DNA from: an uncultured archaeon
Lineage (GTDB): Archaea; Nanobdellota; Nanobdellia; Pacearchaeales; GW2011-AR1
Reading direction: 5' to 3'
DNA length: 64,000 nt
Assembly (NCBI GenBank): GCA_903866625.1
Contig: CAIPOI010000005.1
Span: forward strand, 16,371-80,370
Shown here: in pieces, positions 27,624 through 37,701 of the stretch
How the letters are laid out: the number at the start of each line of letters is the position of its first letter
How positions within the stretch are numbered: position 1 is the stretch's first letter
The notes under the pieces: model-generated
Database searches by the model: none
Seen by the model: the letters and a program-made list of their open reading frames with translations, nothing else
Told to the model about the DNA's origin: nothing
Translations under genes and position numbers: made by a program

Positions 27624-28961
27624 ATGGTACTAAGTTTTATTAAAGATGCTATTGCGAGTGCTGAAGGCTCAGATGTTGAGAAAATTAAGTTTAGCAAGTT
27701 TGATGGGAAAGAGATTATAGCAGATTTACATATACACTCAAGATTTTCAAGAGCTACTAGTAAGAATACGACTATTCCTTTGCTTGTTAAATCTGCTCGC
27801 GTTAAAGGCATAGATATTCTTGGAACAGGAGATATTAGTCATGAAAAATGGCTTTCTGAAATAAAACAAAACTTAAAGGAAAGAGGAAATAGTGGAATTT
27901 ATACTTACAAGGATGATGCTGGAGAATTTATGTTTGTTTTATCTGGTGAGATAAGTTTAGTTTTTACTTCTCAAGGCAAGGGTAGAAGGGTGCATTTAGT
28001 TTACCTTGCTCCAAGTCTTGAAGTTAATGATAGAATAAATAAATATCTTGATAGTTTAGGAAGAAGGGATTATGATGGAAGACCTATTTTTAGTGTTTCA
28101 TGTGAAGAATTTGTTAAACAACTTAAATTAATTTCGGATAAGATTGAAATTATTCCTGCACATATTTGGACGCCTTGGTTTGGAGTGTTTGGAAGTAAGA
28201 GTGGATTTAATAGTTTAAAAGAAGCATTTGGTGAGCAAGAAAAAAATATTTTCGCTATTGAAACTGGAATGTCGAGCGATCCTGAGATGAACTGGAAGAT
28301 AAGGGAGTTAGAAAATAAATCTTTAGTTAGTTTTTCAGATTCTCACTCTTATCATCCATGGAGATTAGGAAGAGAGGCAACTATTTTTTCAGGTGATAAA
28401 AAAACTTTTAGTTATGAAGAGCTCATAAGTCAGATTAGAAATAAAACATTTAGAGCGACTATAGAAACAGATCCAGGATATGGGATTTATCATTGGGATG
28501 GCCATAAGGGTTGTAATTTTTCTTGTGCTCCTAATAAAACTAAAGAACTTGAGGGAATTTGTCCTATTTGTAGAAAACCTTTAACAATAGGAGTTGAGAA
28601 CAGAGTTGAAGAACTTGCAAATAATAAAGGAATACCTAATAATGCTAAACCTTTTTTGAAAATATTGCCTTTACATGAAGTTATAGCTTTTTATTTTAAA
28701 ACAAAATTAAGTTCTAAGAAAGTTCAGGCTCTTTATGATTGGTTTATAGAAAAATATGGGAATGAGTTCGAAGTTTTGCTTAAAGTTGATAAAAATCAGT
28801 TGATAAAAGATTTAGAAAAAGATAAACATGAAAAGTTAGCTTTGCTTATTGCGGATAATCGTATAGCTAATCTTAAGGTTAAGCCGGGTTATGATGGTGT
28901 TTATGGAGTTTTGATTGAGAAGGATTCTAAGGAAATAAACTCGCAGAAGACGTTGGTTTAA
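27624..28961 (+). CDS. Endonuclease Q family PHP-domain protein
   Basis: DLHIHSRFSRATS, PAHIWTPWF, SDSHS, GIYHWDGH..C, CPIC, GYDGVYG. Confidence 0.88.
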   Translation: MVLSFIKDAIASAEGSDVEKIKFSKFDGKEIIADLHIHSRFSRATSKNTTIPLLVKSARVKGIDILGTGDISHEKWLSEIKQNLKERGNSGIYTYKDDAGEFMFVLSGEISLVFTSQGKGRRVHLVYLAPSLEVNDRINKYLDSLGRRDYDGRPIFSVSCEEFVKQLKLISDKIEIIPAHIWTPWFGVFGSKSGFNSLKEAFGEQEKNIFAIETGMSSDPEMNWKIRELENKSLVSFSDSHSYHPWRLGREATIFSGDKKTFSYEELISQIRNKTFRATIETDPGYGIYHWDGHKGCNFSCAPNKTKELEGICPICRKPLTIGVENRVEELANNKGIPNNAKPFLKILPLHEVIAFYFKTKLSSKKVQALYDWFIEKYGNEFEVLLKVDKNQLIKDLEKDKHEKLALLIADNRIANLKVKPGYDGVYGVLIEKDSKEINSQKTLV

Positions 28962-28966
28962 TCTCT

Positions 28967-29383
28967 CTACATTTTAGGTCTTATTTGGTCTTTTCTTTTA
29001 AGTTCTTCAAATTCATATCTTGCCGGATGCTCTTCTTTACCCAACTCCTGTAGTATTAAGAATGCTTCGTCTTCTCCGGGCCAAGGCATTCTTTCTTTTA
29101 GGGTTCCAAGATAGTTTGTAGACTGAGACCATTGAGTGGTTTTTACTGCATCAAGACTTCCGAATGGTTTTCTATCAACATATATTTCTTGTTCAGTTCC
29201 AAGCTTAAATATTCTGGCAATACCTGCATACTCTCTTACTTTTTCATCAGAATAAATCAATCCAATTGGCTGAACTTTTTTATAATAATCCTTATTTTGT
29301 TCTCTTAACCAATTCCAAGTTTTTATGCCTGCTCCAAGTAATGCTAAACATGCAAGACTCGTTATTGTCTTTTTAAATTTCAT
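28967..29383 (-). CDS. Hypothetical exported or membrane-anchored protein
   Basis: N-terminal signal-like segment. Confidence 0.6.
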   Translation of the reverse strand: MKFKKTITSLACLALLGAGIKTWNWLREQNKDYYKKVQPIGLIYSDEKVREYAGIARIFKLGTEQEIYVDRKPFGSLDAVKTTQWSQSTNYLGTLKERMPWPGEDEAFLILQELGKEEHPARYEFEELKRKDQIRPKM

Positions 29384-29823
29384 TTTAGTTCACCATCTTC
29401 TTTAATTTTTTCTTTAGCAGAGTCATATTTTCGGAATATATAATTAAGAGCCATGTCCGGAATTATTCCAATTAGACTTTTACCCTTAAAAAAATCATTC
29501 TCAGAAAAATTAGTAAGTCTGGCTGTGGCTTCAAATAGCCCATAACATCCGCACATGGTCAGATAATTTGAATCGTTTGTCAGAGTTGAAGCAAGAAGAG
29601 GGTAACCAACGATGCCAGGAATATATGATAGGATTCTTGAACCGAAGACGGCATTTTTATTTTTTGCATATACTCTTTCTAACGTAGTGTCTCCAAGCAA
29701 TCCGAGAAATGGTGCAGTAGCTAAGTAAAGACTTCCTCTAATAATCCTTTTAGTTAAGCCCCAACTATCTGAACTTATTTCACGAACCATTTGTTCAAGT
29801 ATTTGTTTCGATTGTGTTTTCAT
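29380..29823 (-). CDS. Hypothetical membrane protein
   Basis: Probable start MKTQ; 4-bp overlap with the next gene. Confidence 0.55.
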   Translation of the reverse strand: MKTQSKQILEQMVREISSDSWGLTKRIIRGSLYLATAPFLGLLGDTTLERVYAKNKNAVFGSRILSYIPGIVGYPLLASTLTNDSNYLTMCGCYGLFEATARLTNFSENDFFKGKSLIGIIPDMALNYIFRKYDSAKEKIKEDGELK

Positions 29824-29873
29824 CTTAATCAAGTAGCAACAGCATAACATTTAAATATTGGTTGTCATATATT

Positions 29874-30626
29874 ATGACTACTATGGAACTAGCAGAACTG
29901 CTTAAACTAGGATTTAATAAGAACGAAGCTAAAGTTTATCTTTCACTCATAAGATTTGGTAAGGCTGATGCTAGACAAATAATAAATGATACTAAATTTC
30001 ATAAAAATATAGTTTATGATAATCTTGAAAAGTTAATTGATAGGGGTTTAATTAGTTTTATTATTGAAGGTAAGAAGAGATTATTTCAAGTCAGCTCTTC
30101 TGATTCACTTATTAATCTTTTTGAAGAAAAAGCTTCAGATATAGAAGAAAAAAAGCAGTTAGCGACAAAACTTTCAAAGGAAATTACTATTCGGGCAAAA
30201 AGTCTTCCTAATAAAAGAGAAGCTCTTGTTTTTCGAGGTGTGAAGGGAGTAAAAACCTTCTATAATGAGAGTTTAGAGAAGGGGGAGGATTTTGTAGTTT
30301 TTGGCGGTCCAGAAGAGTCTGTTAATATTATGGGAGAATTATTCTGGAAGAATTATGATATTAAAAGAGCAGCTAAGAAAATTTCTGTAAGAATGATATT
30401 TAATCCTTCATTGAGGGAATATGGGAAGAATGCCGAGAATAAATTTACAGAAATCAGATATTTTAAAAGAGACTTTGAACCTCTTACCGAAACTCATATT
30501 CAGGGCGATAGTGTGGCTGTTATTGTTTGGACTGAAGAACCCGTTATTTTTGTTATGAAAGATAAACTTGCTGCGGATTCTTATAGAAAGTTCTTTGAAG
30601 ATATGTGGAAACAGGCTAAAAAATAA
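29874..30626 (+). CDS. TrmB-family transcriptional regulator
   Basis: LGFNKNEAKVYLSL wHTH, VYDNLEKLIDRGL, C-terminal PLD-like domain. Confidence 0.88.
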   Translation: MTTMELAELLKLGFNKNEAKVYLSLIRFGKADARQIINDTKFHKNIVYDNLEKLIDRGLISFIIEGKKRLFQVSSSDSLINLFEEKASDIEEKKQLATKLSKEITIRAKSLPNKREALVFRGVKGVKTFYNESLEKGEDFVVFGGPEESVNIMGELFWKNYDIKRAAKKISVRMIFNPSLREYGKNAENKFTEIRYFKRDFEPLTETHIQGDSVAVIVWTEEPVIFVMKDKLAADSYRKFFEDMWKQAKK

Positions 30627-30632
30627 TTAAAA

Positions 30633-31370
30633 TTATTTCTTAGGTGTAAAAGTACAAGTAGCACAATATTTCTTTTTTGAAAGATCATCGATTTTTTCTA
30701 GAACTTGACGAAGTGTAGCTTCATCTTTTTTAGGATCCTTACTTTTTACTTTAGCCATGTACTTTCCGGCAGCAACATAAAAGAACTCAATATTTGTTCC
30801 TTTAGAAGCTTCAGAAATAATCTTTTTTATAGTTTCTATACCTGAAGGATCTTTGCTAGACAGAGAGAACTCTTGACTTAAGGTCAATTCTTTTACTTTA
30901 GTATCTTTTTCTTTTAATATTTTTAATATTTTATCTGCTTGCTCTTTTGAAAGATATTTGTCTAATACTGAAGGATTTTCTTTAGCGTTTTCAATAAAAT
31001 CAAAAATAGAATAGTTTTCTTTTATCTTTTCAATAACTTCTGTAGATTTATCTGCCAGTGCGGTTTTTATGATGGCAATATAGGTTTTTTCTTTTTTGTA
31101 TCTGTCATTAAAATCATTTCTTTCATTAACCTTAACTCTTCTTAATGAAAGCTCTATATTATCTGGTCTGATATTCAAGACTTTGCAGACAATTTTTTTT
31201 CCTGGAAAAGCAAAATCTCGGATGTTTCTAATTCTTCCTGGTGCTATTTCTGGGAAATTTATGAATCCTGTAACAGAATAATCATCTAGTTTTACGAATA
31301 CACAGGTCCCTAAGATTTTTTCAACAGTACATAATACTATTTGCCCTTCTTCAATTTTTGTTTTTGCCAT
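30633..31370 (-). CDS. eif2a: Translation initiation factor aIF-2 alpha
   Basis: S1 domain EGQIVLCTV...GRIRNIRD...IELSLRRV; AAGKY. Confidence 0.92.
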   Translation of the reverse strand: MAKTKIEEGQIVLCTVEKILGTCVFVKLDDYSVTGFINFPEIAPGRIRNIRDFAFPGKKIVCKVLNIRPDNIELSLRRVKVNERNDFNDRYKKEKTYIAIIKTALADKSTEVIEKIKENYSIFDFIENAKENPSVLDKYLSKEQADKILKILKEKDTKVKELTLSQEFSLSSKDPSGIETIKKIISEASKGTNIEFFYVAAGKYMAKVKSKDPKKDEATLRQVLEKIDDLSKKKYCATCTFTPKK

Positions 31371-31407
31371 AGTTATTATAGAAATAATAGTCTTTTAAAT
31401 ATTGGTA

Positions 31408-31995
31408 TTAGGTATACCTCCTTTTTAATTCAATTAATCTATTCCTAACTTCTTCTAGGTTGGTTCCATCATATCTAACTACTTGTGGATGCTTGAAGTC
31501 TTTATTGTAGGGGTGTGCAGGCATTATTCCCAAGCCTCTTGGCCTGTGGGCTAACCAGTTTAGCATATAGTTCTGCCAGTCATCCATTAAAACATTTCCA
31601 TAGTGCCTGCCTTTTTCCGAAGAGGTAACTGTTGCTGGAAAATTATAACCTATATTTTTTACTATACATTCTATTTTTCCTTTCCACATATTAGGATTTT
31701 TTAAATTTGCTTTTGTTAAAATTTCTCTGGAAAAATCCATTTCTCCAAGTAGGCTCCAGATATCCCAACCAAGTTGAAATTTCGGCAGATTTGCCCACCA
31801 GCCACTTGTTGCGGTTATGCCTCTTATTCTTTTGATTATATAATCAGGCATATGAACTCCTGGAAAAAATTCAAATAGGGGTTCATGAGGTCTTCTTAGT
31901 TTTTCTAGATCCTTTGTCAGTTGACCTTTATAGTCAAACAGTGTATCATCCATATCTACATTTGCAATAAGTTGTCTTCTTAGTTTTTCTGACAT
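31408..31995 (-). CDS. HAD-family 5'(3')-deoxyribonucleotidase-like protein (NT5C)
   Basis: VDMDDTLFD, ILTK, LMDD, PYN. Confidence 0.75.
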   Translation of the reverse strand: MSEKLRRQLIANVDMDDTLFDYKGQLTKDLEKLRRPHEPLFEFFPGVHMPDYIIKRIRGITATSGWWANLPKFQLGWDIWSLLGEMDFSREILTKANLKNPNMWKGKIECIVKNIGYNFPATVTSSEKGRHYGNVLMDDWQNYMLNWLAHRPRGLGIMPAHPYNKDFKHPQVVRYDGTNLEEVRNRLIELKRRYT

Positions 31996-32013
31996 TTTTT
32001 TGAGAATTATTAA

Positions 32014-32184
32014 TTAATTTAGAACTTCAATTCTGCTTGCTTTTAGCTCTGCTTTTCCACCTTTTGGCTCTGCTATTACTGCGTTGCAAATTAAGCATTT
32101 TACCTTTGTAGTAGCTCCTTCAAAGATAACTTGTTCGTTCTTACATGCTTGACATCTTACTCTTACAAATCTTAGTTTTGCCAT
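32014..32184 (-). CDS. rps27e: 30S ribosomal protein S27e (56 aa), not in ORF track
   Basis: MAKLRFVRVRCQACKNEQVIFEGATTKVKCLICNAVIAEPKGGKA. Confidence 0.95.
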   Translation of the reverse strand: MAKLRFVRVRCQACKNEQVIFEGATTKVKCLICNAVIAEPKGGKAELKASRIEVLN

Positions 32185-32208
32185 AAAAAGTAGGGGTTTA
32201 GGGGGTTT

Positions 32209-33570
32209 TTAAACTTTTACAACTTCAATATCTAACTTTTTCTTAACTAACTCTATGAAGGCTTCTTCTTTTTCTTTGCTGATAACACAACCTGCGGCAA
32301 GTTTATGGCCGCCAGATTCACCGCCAATCATTCCAGTAATACCATCCATTATTTCCTTGAGATTCATTGATTCATCTTTCTTTTCTCTTCCACATATTCT
32401 TGAAGATACTTTTATTTTGTCTTTGTTATAAGCCATTGTTATAATTACTGTACCCTCTTCGTATAGTGCAGACATAGAGAGAATACTTGCAACAGTTCCT
32501 ATGATAGTATCCTGAATTTTATCCTGTGCATTCATAATCACATATTGTTTTCCTTGTATTTTTGGATTAGAATGAATCTGGTTTAATGCTTCGATTAAGC
32601 TTTGTTTATATTTTATGTAAATAGATTCTGCATTCTTTTTTGCAGTTTCATTACCCATACATAATAGGAGGGCGGTATTCGATTCGCCCATTCTTGAACA
32701 GGCATTAACTAAGGCAGATAGTTCTCTCGCATCCTCTAATCTATTGAAAAATTTAACTAAGAATAGATTTCCTACAAACTCGCTCATTTTTTCATGATTT
32801 GGAACTCTTAGGGCAATAGCAGTAACTAATTTTTGCATCTCTTCTTCATTTAATTCTATTAAAGATTTATATCCCTTGGAAGTAAATGTTATACCTGCTT
32901 CTCTTAGCAGTGTACAGGCACCCAAGCCATCTCCTGTAACTCCAGGAATATATGGTGTTGAACAGTATTCTAATGCTTTGTTTAGGGGTCTTGTTGAAGG
33001 GTAGATTAAAAACCCCCTTTTTATTGTTAGGTCTGCATCTTTTAAAATTGTATTTACTAATGGTCCAATTTTTTTCTCCATTATATCTCCCACCATCCCT
33101 ATAATCGCTAAATTTGCTGCACTAGAATCTTTTTTTCCTATCTCTCTTGAAACTAGATAAGTAAGACAAGATCCAGACATTTCTTCTCCATCGGGATATA
33201 GGTGGGGATTGAGAATATTTACATTTTCTGGCAAAGTTTCTTTATAGCTAATTTCATGATGGTCTATTATGAATACTAGATTAGATAGCTTTGAGATATA
33301 TTCCAAGCTTCCAGACGCTAAGTCCAAGAAGACAATTACTCTTCCTTCTGGGAGAGATTGAATTAATTCAGGTTCAAGGCTTTTTACTATTCGAAATGAA
33401 AATTTTTTATCGAGCTTTTTTAATAGTTTACCGAAAATAGCTGCAGAGGTTATTCCGTCAGTATCAAAATGACTTATTACTATTATTTCTTTTTTATCTG
33501 AAAGTTCCTGAAATTTATTTGCGAAGTTAGTTATTTGTGCTATCATGTCGCCTCTTTTATTTTTTGACAA
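32209..33570 (-). CDS. RecJ/DHH phosphoesterase (GAN/Cdc45-like)
   Basis: HFDTDG, IIDHH, GGHKLAAG; follows rps15. Confidence 0.9.
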   Translation of the reverse strand: MSKNKRGDMIAQITNFANKFQELSDKKEIIVISHFDTDGITSAAIFGKLLKKLDKKFSFRIVKSLEPELIQSLPEGRVIVFLDLASGSLEYISKLSNLVFIIDHHEISYKETLPENVNILNPHLYPDGEEMSGSCLTYLVSREIGKKDSSAANLAIIGMVGDIMEKKIGPLVNTILKDADLTIKRGFLIYPSTRPLNKALEYCSTPYIPGVTGDGLGACTLLREAGITFTSKGYKSLIELNEEEMQKLVTAIALRVPNHEKMSEFVGNLFLVKFFNRLEDARELSALVNACSRMGESNTALLLCMGNETAKKNAESIYIKYKQSLIEALNQIHSNPKIQGKQYVIMNAQDKIQDTIIGTVASILSMSALYEEGTVIITMAYNKDKIKVSSRICGREKKDESMNLKEIMDGITGMIGGESGGHKLAAGCVISKEKEEAFIELVKKKLDIEVVKV

Positions 33571-33682
33571 TTATTTTTTAGAAAAAGGTGTTAATAAACA
33601 TTATTCTTTTTTATTTGTTACACAAAAGTTATAATAAAAATTTTGTCGAGGATAAGAATTTTTCAAGATTTTTTATGAAGAA

Positions 33683-34039
33683 TTAGGCTTTAAGATAATC
33701 TTGAACTTTTTTTAGCTTTGCCTTTGAAATTATAATAGATCTTCCTGTTCTTGTATCGTGCTTGTGTTTGGATAGATGTTTTTCTAATTTTTCAACTTTA
33801 ATTTTAAGATTTTTCTGATCCGGTTGTTCATATTTACCTGCTTCTTTTAATACATCACTTATACTAAATCCATATATTTTTGTTTGGGGTATTCCATAGT
33901 TATCTCTGAGAATTAATCCAATTTTTTCAGAAGTTAAACTAGCATCTTTTTCAACTAATTTTAAAATAATTTCTTTTATTTCTTGCTCAGTATATTTTAA
34001 CCAGATTGGTTTCTTTAAGTTATTTTTTGCTTTTTCCAT
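33683..34039 (-). CDS. rps15: 30S ribosomal protein S15 (uS15)
   Basis: KPIWL, EKIGLILRDNYGIP, HLSKHKHD. Confidence 0.92.
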   Translation of the reverse strand: MEKAKNNLKKPIWLKYTEQEIKEIILKLVEKDASLTSEKIGLILRDNYGIPQTKIYGFSISDVLKEAGKYEQPDQKNLKIKVEKLEKHLSKHKHDTRTGRSIIISKAKLKKVQDYLKA

Positions 34040-34097
34040 GTTTTTTGTAGTTTTTTCGGGTTTTTAAAGTTAATTGATTGCTAAGAATTGATTATTA

Positions 34098-34170
34098 TAG
34101 TCCCGCCCGGATTCGAACCGGGGTCCCCGGCTCCAAAGGCCGAGATACTTGACCACTGTACTACGGGACT
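34098..34170 (-). tRNA. tRNA-Gln(TTG)
   Basis: A1-U72 acceptor; TCGGC-CT TTG GA-GCCGG. Confidence 0.95.
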
Positions 34171-34226
34171 AAATTTGATAGATAAGGAAGTTTTGAATGA
34201 TTTATAAGGGTTTTTGTTTAGTTTAT

Positions 34227-34838
34227 TTAGCTTCCGTGTTTATATCTTCCTCTAGACTCAACCTTTTTTAGCTGTTCTAGAGTTTTTGCTTTGTCTTTAG
34301 AATTATAGTTTTCTTCTATGATTTTCCAACATTCTTTCCAAATTTGATGATGCTTGGCTTCAAGTGCTTGTTTTATAAGGTGTAAGTCTACTGCTTTATC
34401 TTCATTCCTTGAACTTGTAAATCCTAATCCAAAATCTATGAAGATTACTTCACTATCTTTATTTAGAATCATATTACTTGTTGTTAAATCGCCATGAATA
34501 ATGTTATTATCATGAAGCTTGGCGATATTCTGGCCTATTTTTTTACATATATTCTTATAATCTAATTTTTCTAGTTCTTGCGAAAGCTTTTTTCCTTCTA
34601 TAAATGGCATAATTATCTCATTATTTGTTGTTTTGGTTGGTTTTGGCGAGCTAATAAGTTTATGAGCTTTTTCTAATATTTTTGCTTCTTTTTTTGTGCG
34701 TTGTTTTATTATTTTTTTATCAAGTTCTGGATGACGATAGCTCTTGCTAATTCTATCCTTGATAACCTTATCCTCTTCTTTTATGATTCTTGCTTCTGCG
34801 CCTTGAGCGATTAGGGTTTGTTTTGATTGAGTTGACAT
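34227..34838 (-). CDS. bud32: KEOPS kinase Bud32
   Basis: QGAEA, KSYRHPELD, HGDLTTSN, IDFGL, VESRGRY. Confidence 0.95.
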   Translation of the reverse strand: MSTQSKQTLIAQGAEARIIKEEDKVIKDRISKSYRHPELDKKIIKQRTKKEAKILEKAHKLISSPKPTKTTNNEIIMPFIEGKKLSQELEKLDYKNICKKIGQNIAKLHDNNIIHGDLTTSNMILNKDSEVIFIDFGLGFTSSRNEDKAVDLHLIKQALEAKHHQIWKECWKIIEENYNSKDKAKTLEQLKKVESRGRYKHGS

Positions 34839-34891
34839 GATATATCTTCCAGTATAATTTTATTTATAAATGTTTAATATTTATTTTGTTT

Positions 34892-35428
34892 ATGGTAAGA
34901 ACTATTAAATCCAAACCTAATCTTTATAGCTCAATACATAATGTTCTTAGAATGAAAATTGGTTTTGGTAAACCTATAAATCAAAATGATGTTGATTGGG
35001 CTGTTTTTTGTTCATCTTCAAGGAAGATTCCTGCAGGATTGGATACTGAAAGAGTATTAAGCGAAATGGTAGAGTTAGGATATTTATATTGTAACTCTGA
35101 TCTTAAAAGACCCGCAGATTATTTTCTATTAAGGAATAAACATACTTCTGTTTCTAGAATTAGATCTAAAAGTTATGCTAAAGACTGTGGGTTAGGTATA
35201 GCCTATGATGTCCTTCGTAGGAGGATTGGTTTTGGTTCTTTAATGACTATCGAAAATATTCATCGAGCATTTGGAGGGGGCGATACTGGAATCCGTTTTT
35301 CTTGTAGTATTGAAGATGTTGTTGGGGATTTGGCTCGGTACAGATTTCTTCGAGAAGTTCGACCTGGAAAGTATTTATTATTAGCTAGTCCATCATCAGG
35401 AAAGCCTGTAACCTGTGCTGTTGTTTAA
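34892..35428 (+). CDS. Hypothetical protein, possibly tandem wHTH-like halves
   Basis: Internal repeat VLRMKIGFG / VLRRRIGFG. Confidence 0.55.
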   Translation: MVRTIKSKPNLYSSIHNVLRMKIGFGKPINQNDVDWAVFCSSSRKIPAGLDTERVLSEMVELGYLYCNSDLKRPADYFLLRNKHTSVSRIRSKSYAKDCGLGIAYDVLRRRIGFGSLMTIENIHRAFGGGDTGIRFSCSIEDVVGDLARYRFLREVRPGKYLLLASPSSGKPVTCAVV

Positions 35429-36814
35429 TTAAAGTTTCATCTTCTTGCCAAACTTTTTAGCAAGTTTCATCATTTGTTTTTGTGAGAAGCCTCCTGAAGA
35501 TAAGTCTGCTTCAGAGACTCCACCTTTTGTAAATTCTTTAAGAAGTTTGTATTGTTTGATAAGTTGTCTAATATCACTTGTGGTTGTTCCTGAACCCTTT
35601 GCTATTCTGCCTAATCTTGTTGTTTGCTTTTCTATTATTTCTGGATTTTTTATTTCTTCTTCAGTCATGCTGTTGATCGCATGTTGCCAGTGTTTCATTT
35701 TTTCTTCTTGAACTCCGAGCATGTTTTCGGGCATTTTTCCTTTTAATCCTGAAAAACCAGGAATCATATCTAATAATTTATCCATACTGCCCATACTAGA
35801 CATAGATTTTATCTGCTCTTGAAAATCTCTTAAGTCCAATTCACCTTTTTCAAGTTTTCCTTTAAGTTTTTTCTGAGAATCTTTATCCATTGCTGATTGA
35901 ACTTTTTCAAGTAATCCCTCTAAATCTCCCATTCCGAGAATTCTACTTATGAATGCATTTGGATTAAAAGTTTCTAGCTCGTGAGATTTTTCTCCTGTTC
36001 CTATAAAAAAAACAGGAGCTTTTGTTTCATGACAAGCAGTTAAAGCTCCACCCGCTTTTGCAGTAGAATCCATTCTTGTAATTATAACTCCATTTACTTC
36101 TAAGGCTTTTTGGAATTCTGCAGCTTGAGTTTTTGCTGCTTGACCTATATCTGCTTGAATAACTAAAACTTTGTAATCGGGTTTTAGAGTCTTATTTATA
36201 TTTTTTATTTCTTTTACTAGTTCTTCATCTAAACTATGACGACCTGCTGTATCTATTATTAACAAATCATATTGGTCTAATTCCTGTTTAAATTTTTTAT
36301 AAATTTTTAGTGGGTCTTTTTCTGTTTTATCTATGAAAACTGCAAGTTTATTTTGTTTTGCGATTTGTTCTAGTTGATCACTAGCGGCAGGTCTATGAAC
36401 ATCTAAACCTAATAAAGCAACTTTTTTTCCTCTTTTGCTGTAGTATAAACCTAACTTTCCTGCTGTTGTTGTTTTTCCTGCCCCATATAATCCTAAAAGA
36501 AGAATTCTTGTCTGTTCACTTTTATTATCCTTTAGTTGCAATTCTTTTTTTTCTTTACCAATTATTTCCAGAATAGTATCATAAAGTAATTTTATTAGCT
36601 GCTCTTTTTTTTCTATGCCCTTTATCTTTTCGTCATTAGCTTTATCTTTTAATTTTTGAGTTATCTCTTTTACTAAGAATACATTTACATCTGCAGCAAT
36701 TAGACCTCTTTGAAGTTCTTTGCTAACTTCATCTATAACTGCTTTATCTACAAATACTGCTTTTGATATTTTATCTGTTGCTTTTTTCAGTGCTTCTGAT
36801 AGTTTTTCTAGCAT
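35429..36814 (-). CDS. srp54: Signal recognition particle protein SRP54
   Basis: GLYGAGKTTT, DTAGRH, TRMD, Met-rich M domain, RIAKGSG. Confidence 0.97.
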   Translation of the reverse strand: MLEKLSEALKKATDKISKAVFVDKAVIDEVSKELQRGLIAADVNVFLVKEITQKLKDKANDEKIKGIEKKEQLIKLLYDTILEIIGKEKKELQLKDNKSEQTRILLLGLYGAGKTTTAGKLGLYYSKRGKKVALLGLDVHRPAASDQLEQIAKQNKLAVFIDKTEKDPLKIYKKFKQELDQYDLLIIDTAGRHSLDEELVKEIKNINKTLKPDYKVLVIQADIGQAAKTQAAEFQKALEVNGVIITRMDSTAKAGGALTACHETKAPVFFIGTGEKSHELETFNPNAFISRILGMGDLEGLLEKVQSAMDKDSQKKLKGKLEKGELDLRDFQEQIKSMSSMGSMDKLLDMIPGFSGLKGKMPENMLGVQEEKMKHWQHAINSMTEEEIKNPEIIEKQTTRLGRIAKGSGTTTSDIRQLIKQYKLLKEFTKGGVSEADLSSGGFSQKQMMKLAKKFGKKMKL

Positions 36815-36927
36815 AGTTAAAACCTCCTGTGGGTTTTGACGAATCCAGCATCCATTAGGTTTATCATCGTTTTTTCAAGTTTCTTATTTATATAAAGTTA
36901 ATCAAATAATACAGAATCCTTTCAAAA

Positions 36928-37638
36928 TTAGGGGGTTTTCTGGTGTTTTAAGGGTTTCGGTTGGTACTCTTGGGATTTCCAATATTTCATCTTTAATTCA
37001 ACAAGCTTGCTAAATGGATTATCTCTTCCTCTAAAAGAACATAAGAAGAGTTTTCTGAATTCTTCCATGGATAAGTCTCCGGTTAGATAAGCATAGTGCA
37101 TTCTATCTCCTAAACCTCTTGCTTGTTGATATAAGCAGAATTCTGAGGCTGCAATTTTTCCATATTTTTTCATTACATCATTTAAACATTTTATTCTATC
37201 GTTTGGAGTCATAAAAAATAAGTCTGGTTCGGTTGGATAAGTATTTTCTCTTTCGGGAATTAATAGTTTTGAACAGAAAAATCCAATTGTCTCTACTAAA
37301 ATATTTAACGCAAATTTATCTCTAGTAGTTCTACCCGTATACCTGATTCTCGAATGTCTAAAATGCAAAAAATGGCTAGATTCTTCAGCAATATCTTCTT
37401 CAGAAGGATTAATTAAAAATATTCCTGGAGGAGAATCATCATACCAAGAACCGCCCATCTCCTTCAAACTTTCAAATCTTTCTCTTTTTGATTCAGGTAA
37501 CCACAAATCATCAAATTCTGTTTTCTTATTGATTAAATGTATTTCAGGATAAGTTGAAGCTTCAATCCCTAATTCTTCAGTTATATCTTCTATGGCTTCA
37601 AAAACTTTTTCTTCCACTCTTGCTCTTTTATTAGCCAT
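36928..37638 (-). CDS. Hypothetical protein, possible zincin-like fold
   Basis: EESSHFLH resembles a degenerate HExxH. Confidence 0.55.
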   Translation of the reverse strand: MANKRARVEEKVFEAIEDITEELGIEASTYPEIHLINKKTEFDDLWLPESKRERFESLKEMGGSWYDDSPPGIFLINPSEEDIAEESSHFLHFRHSRIRYTGRTTRDKFALNILVETIGFFCSKLLIPERENTYPTEPDLFFMTPNDRIKCLNDVMKKYGKIAASEFCLYQQARGLGDRMHYAYLTGDLSMEEFRKLFLCSFRGRDNPFSKLVELKMKYWKSQEYQPKPLKHQKTP

Positions 37639-37701
37639 AATGAATTTATAAAATTTAATTTAAAAACAATTATGGTGATGCAAACAGAGTATTGGATTAT
37701 A

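Noticed and set aside
36815..36927. SRP (7S) RNA near srp54/ftsY
   Set aside because: The spacer is too short and AT-rich and lacks the helix 8 GNRA motif.
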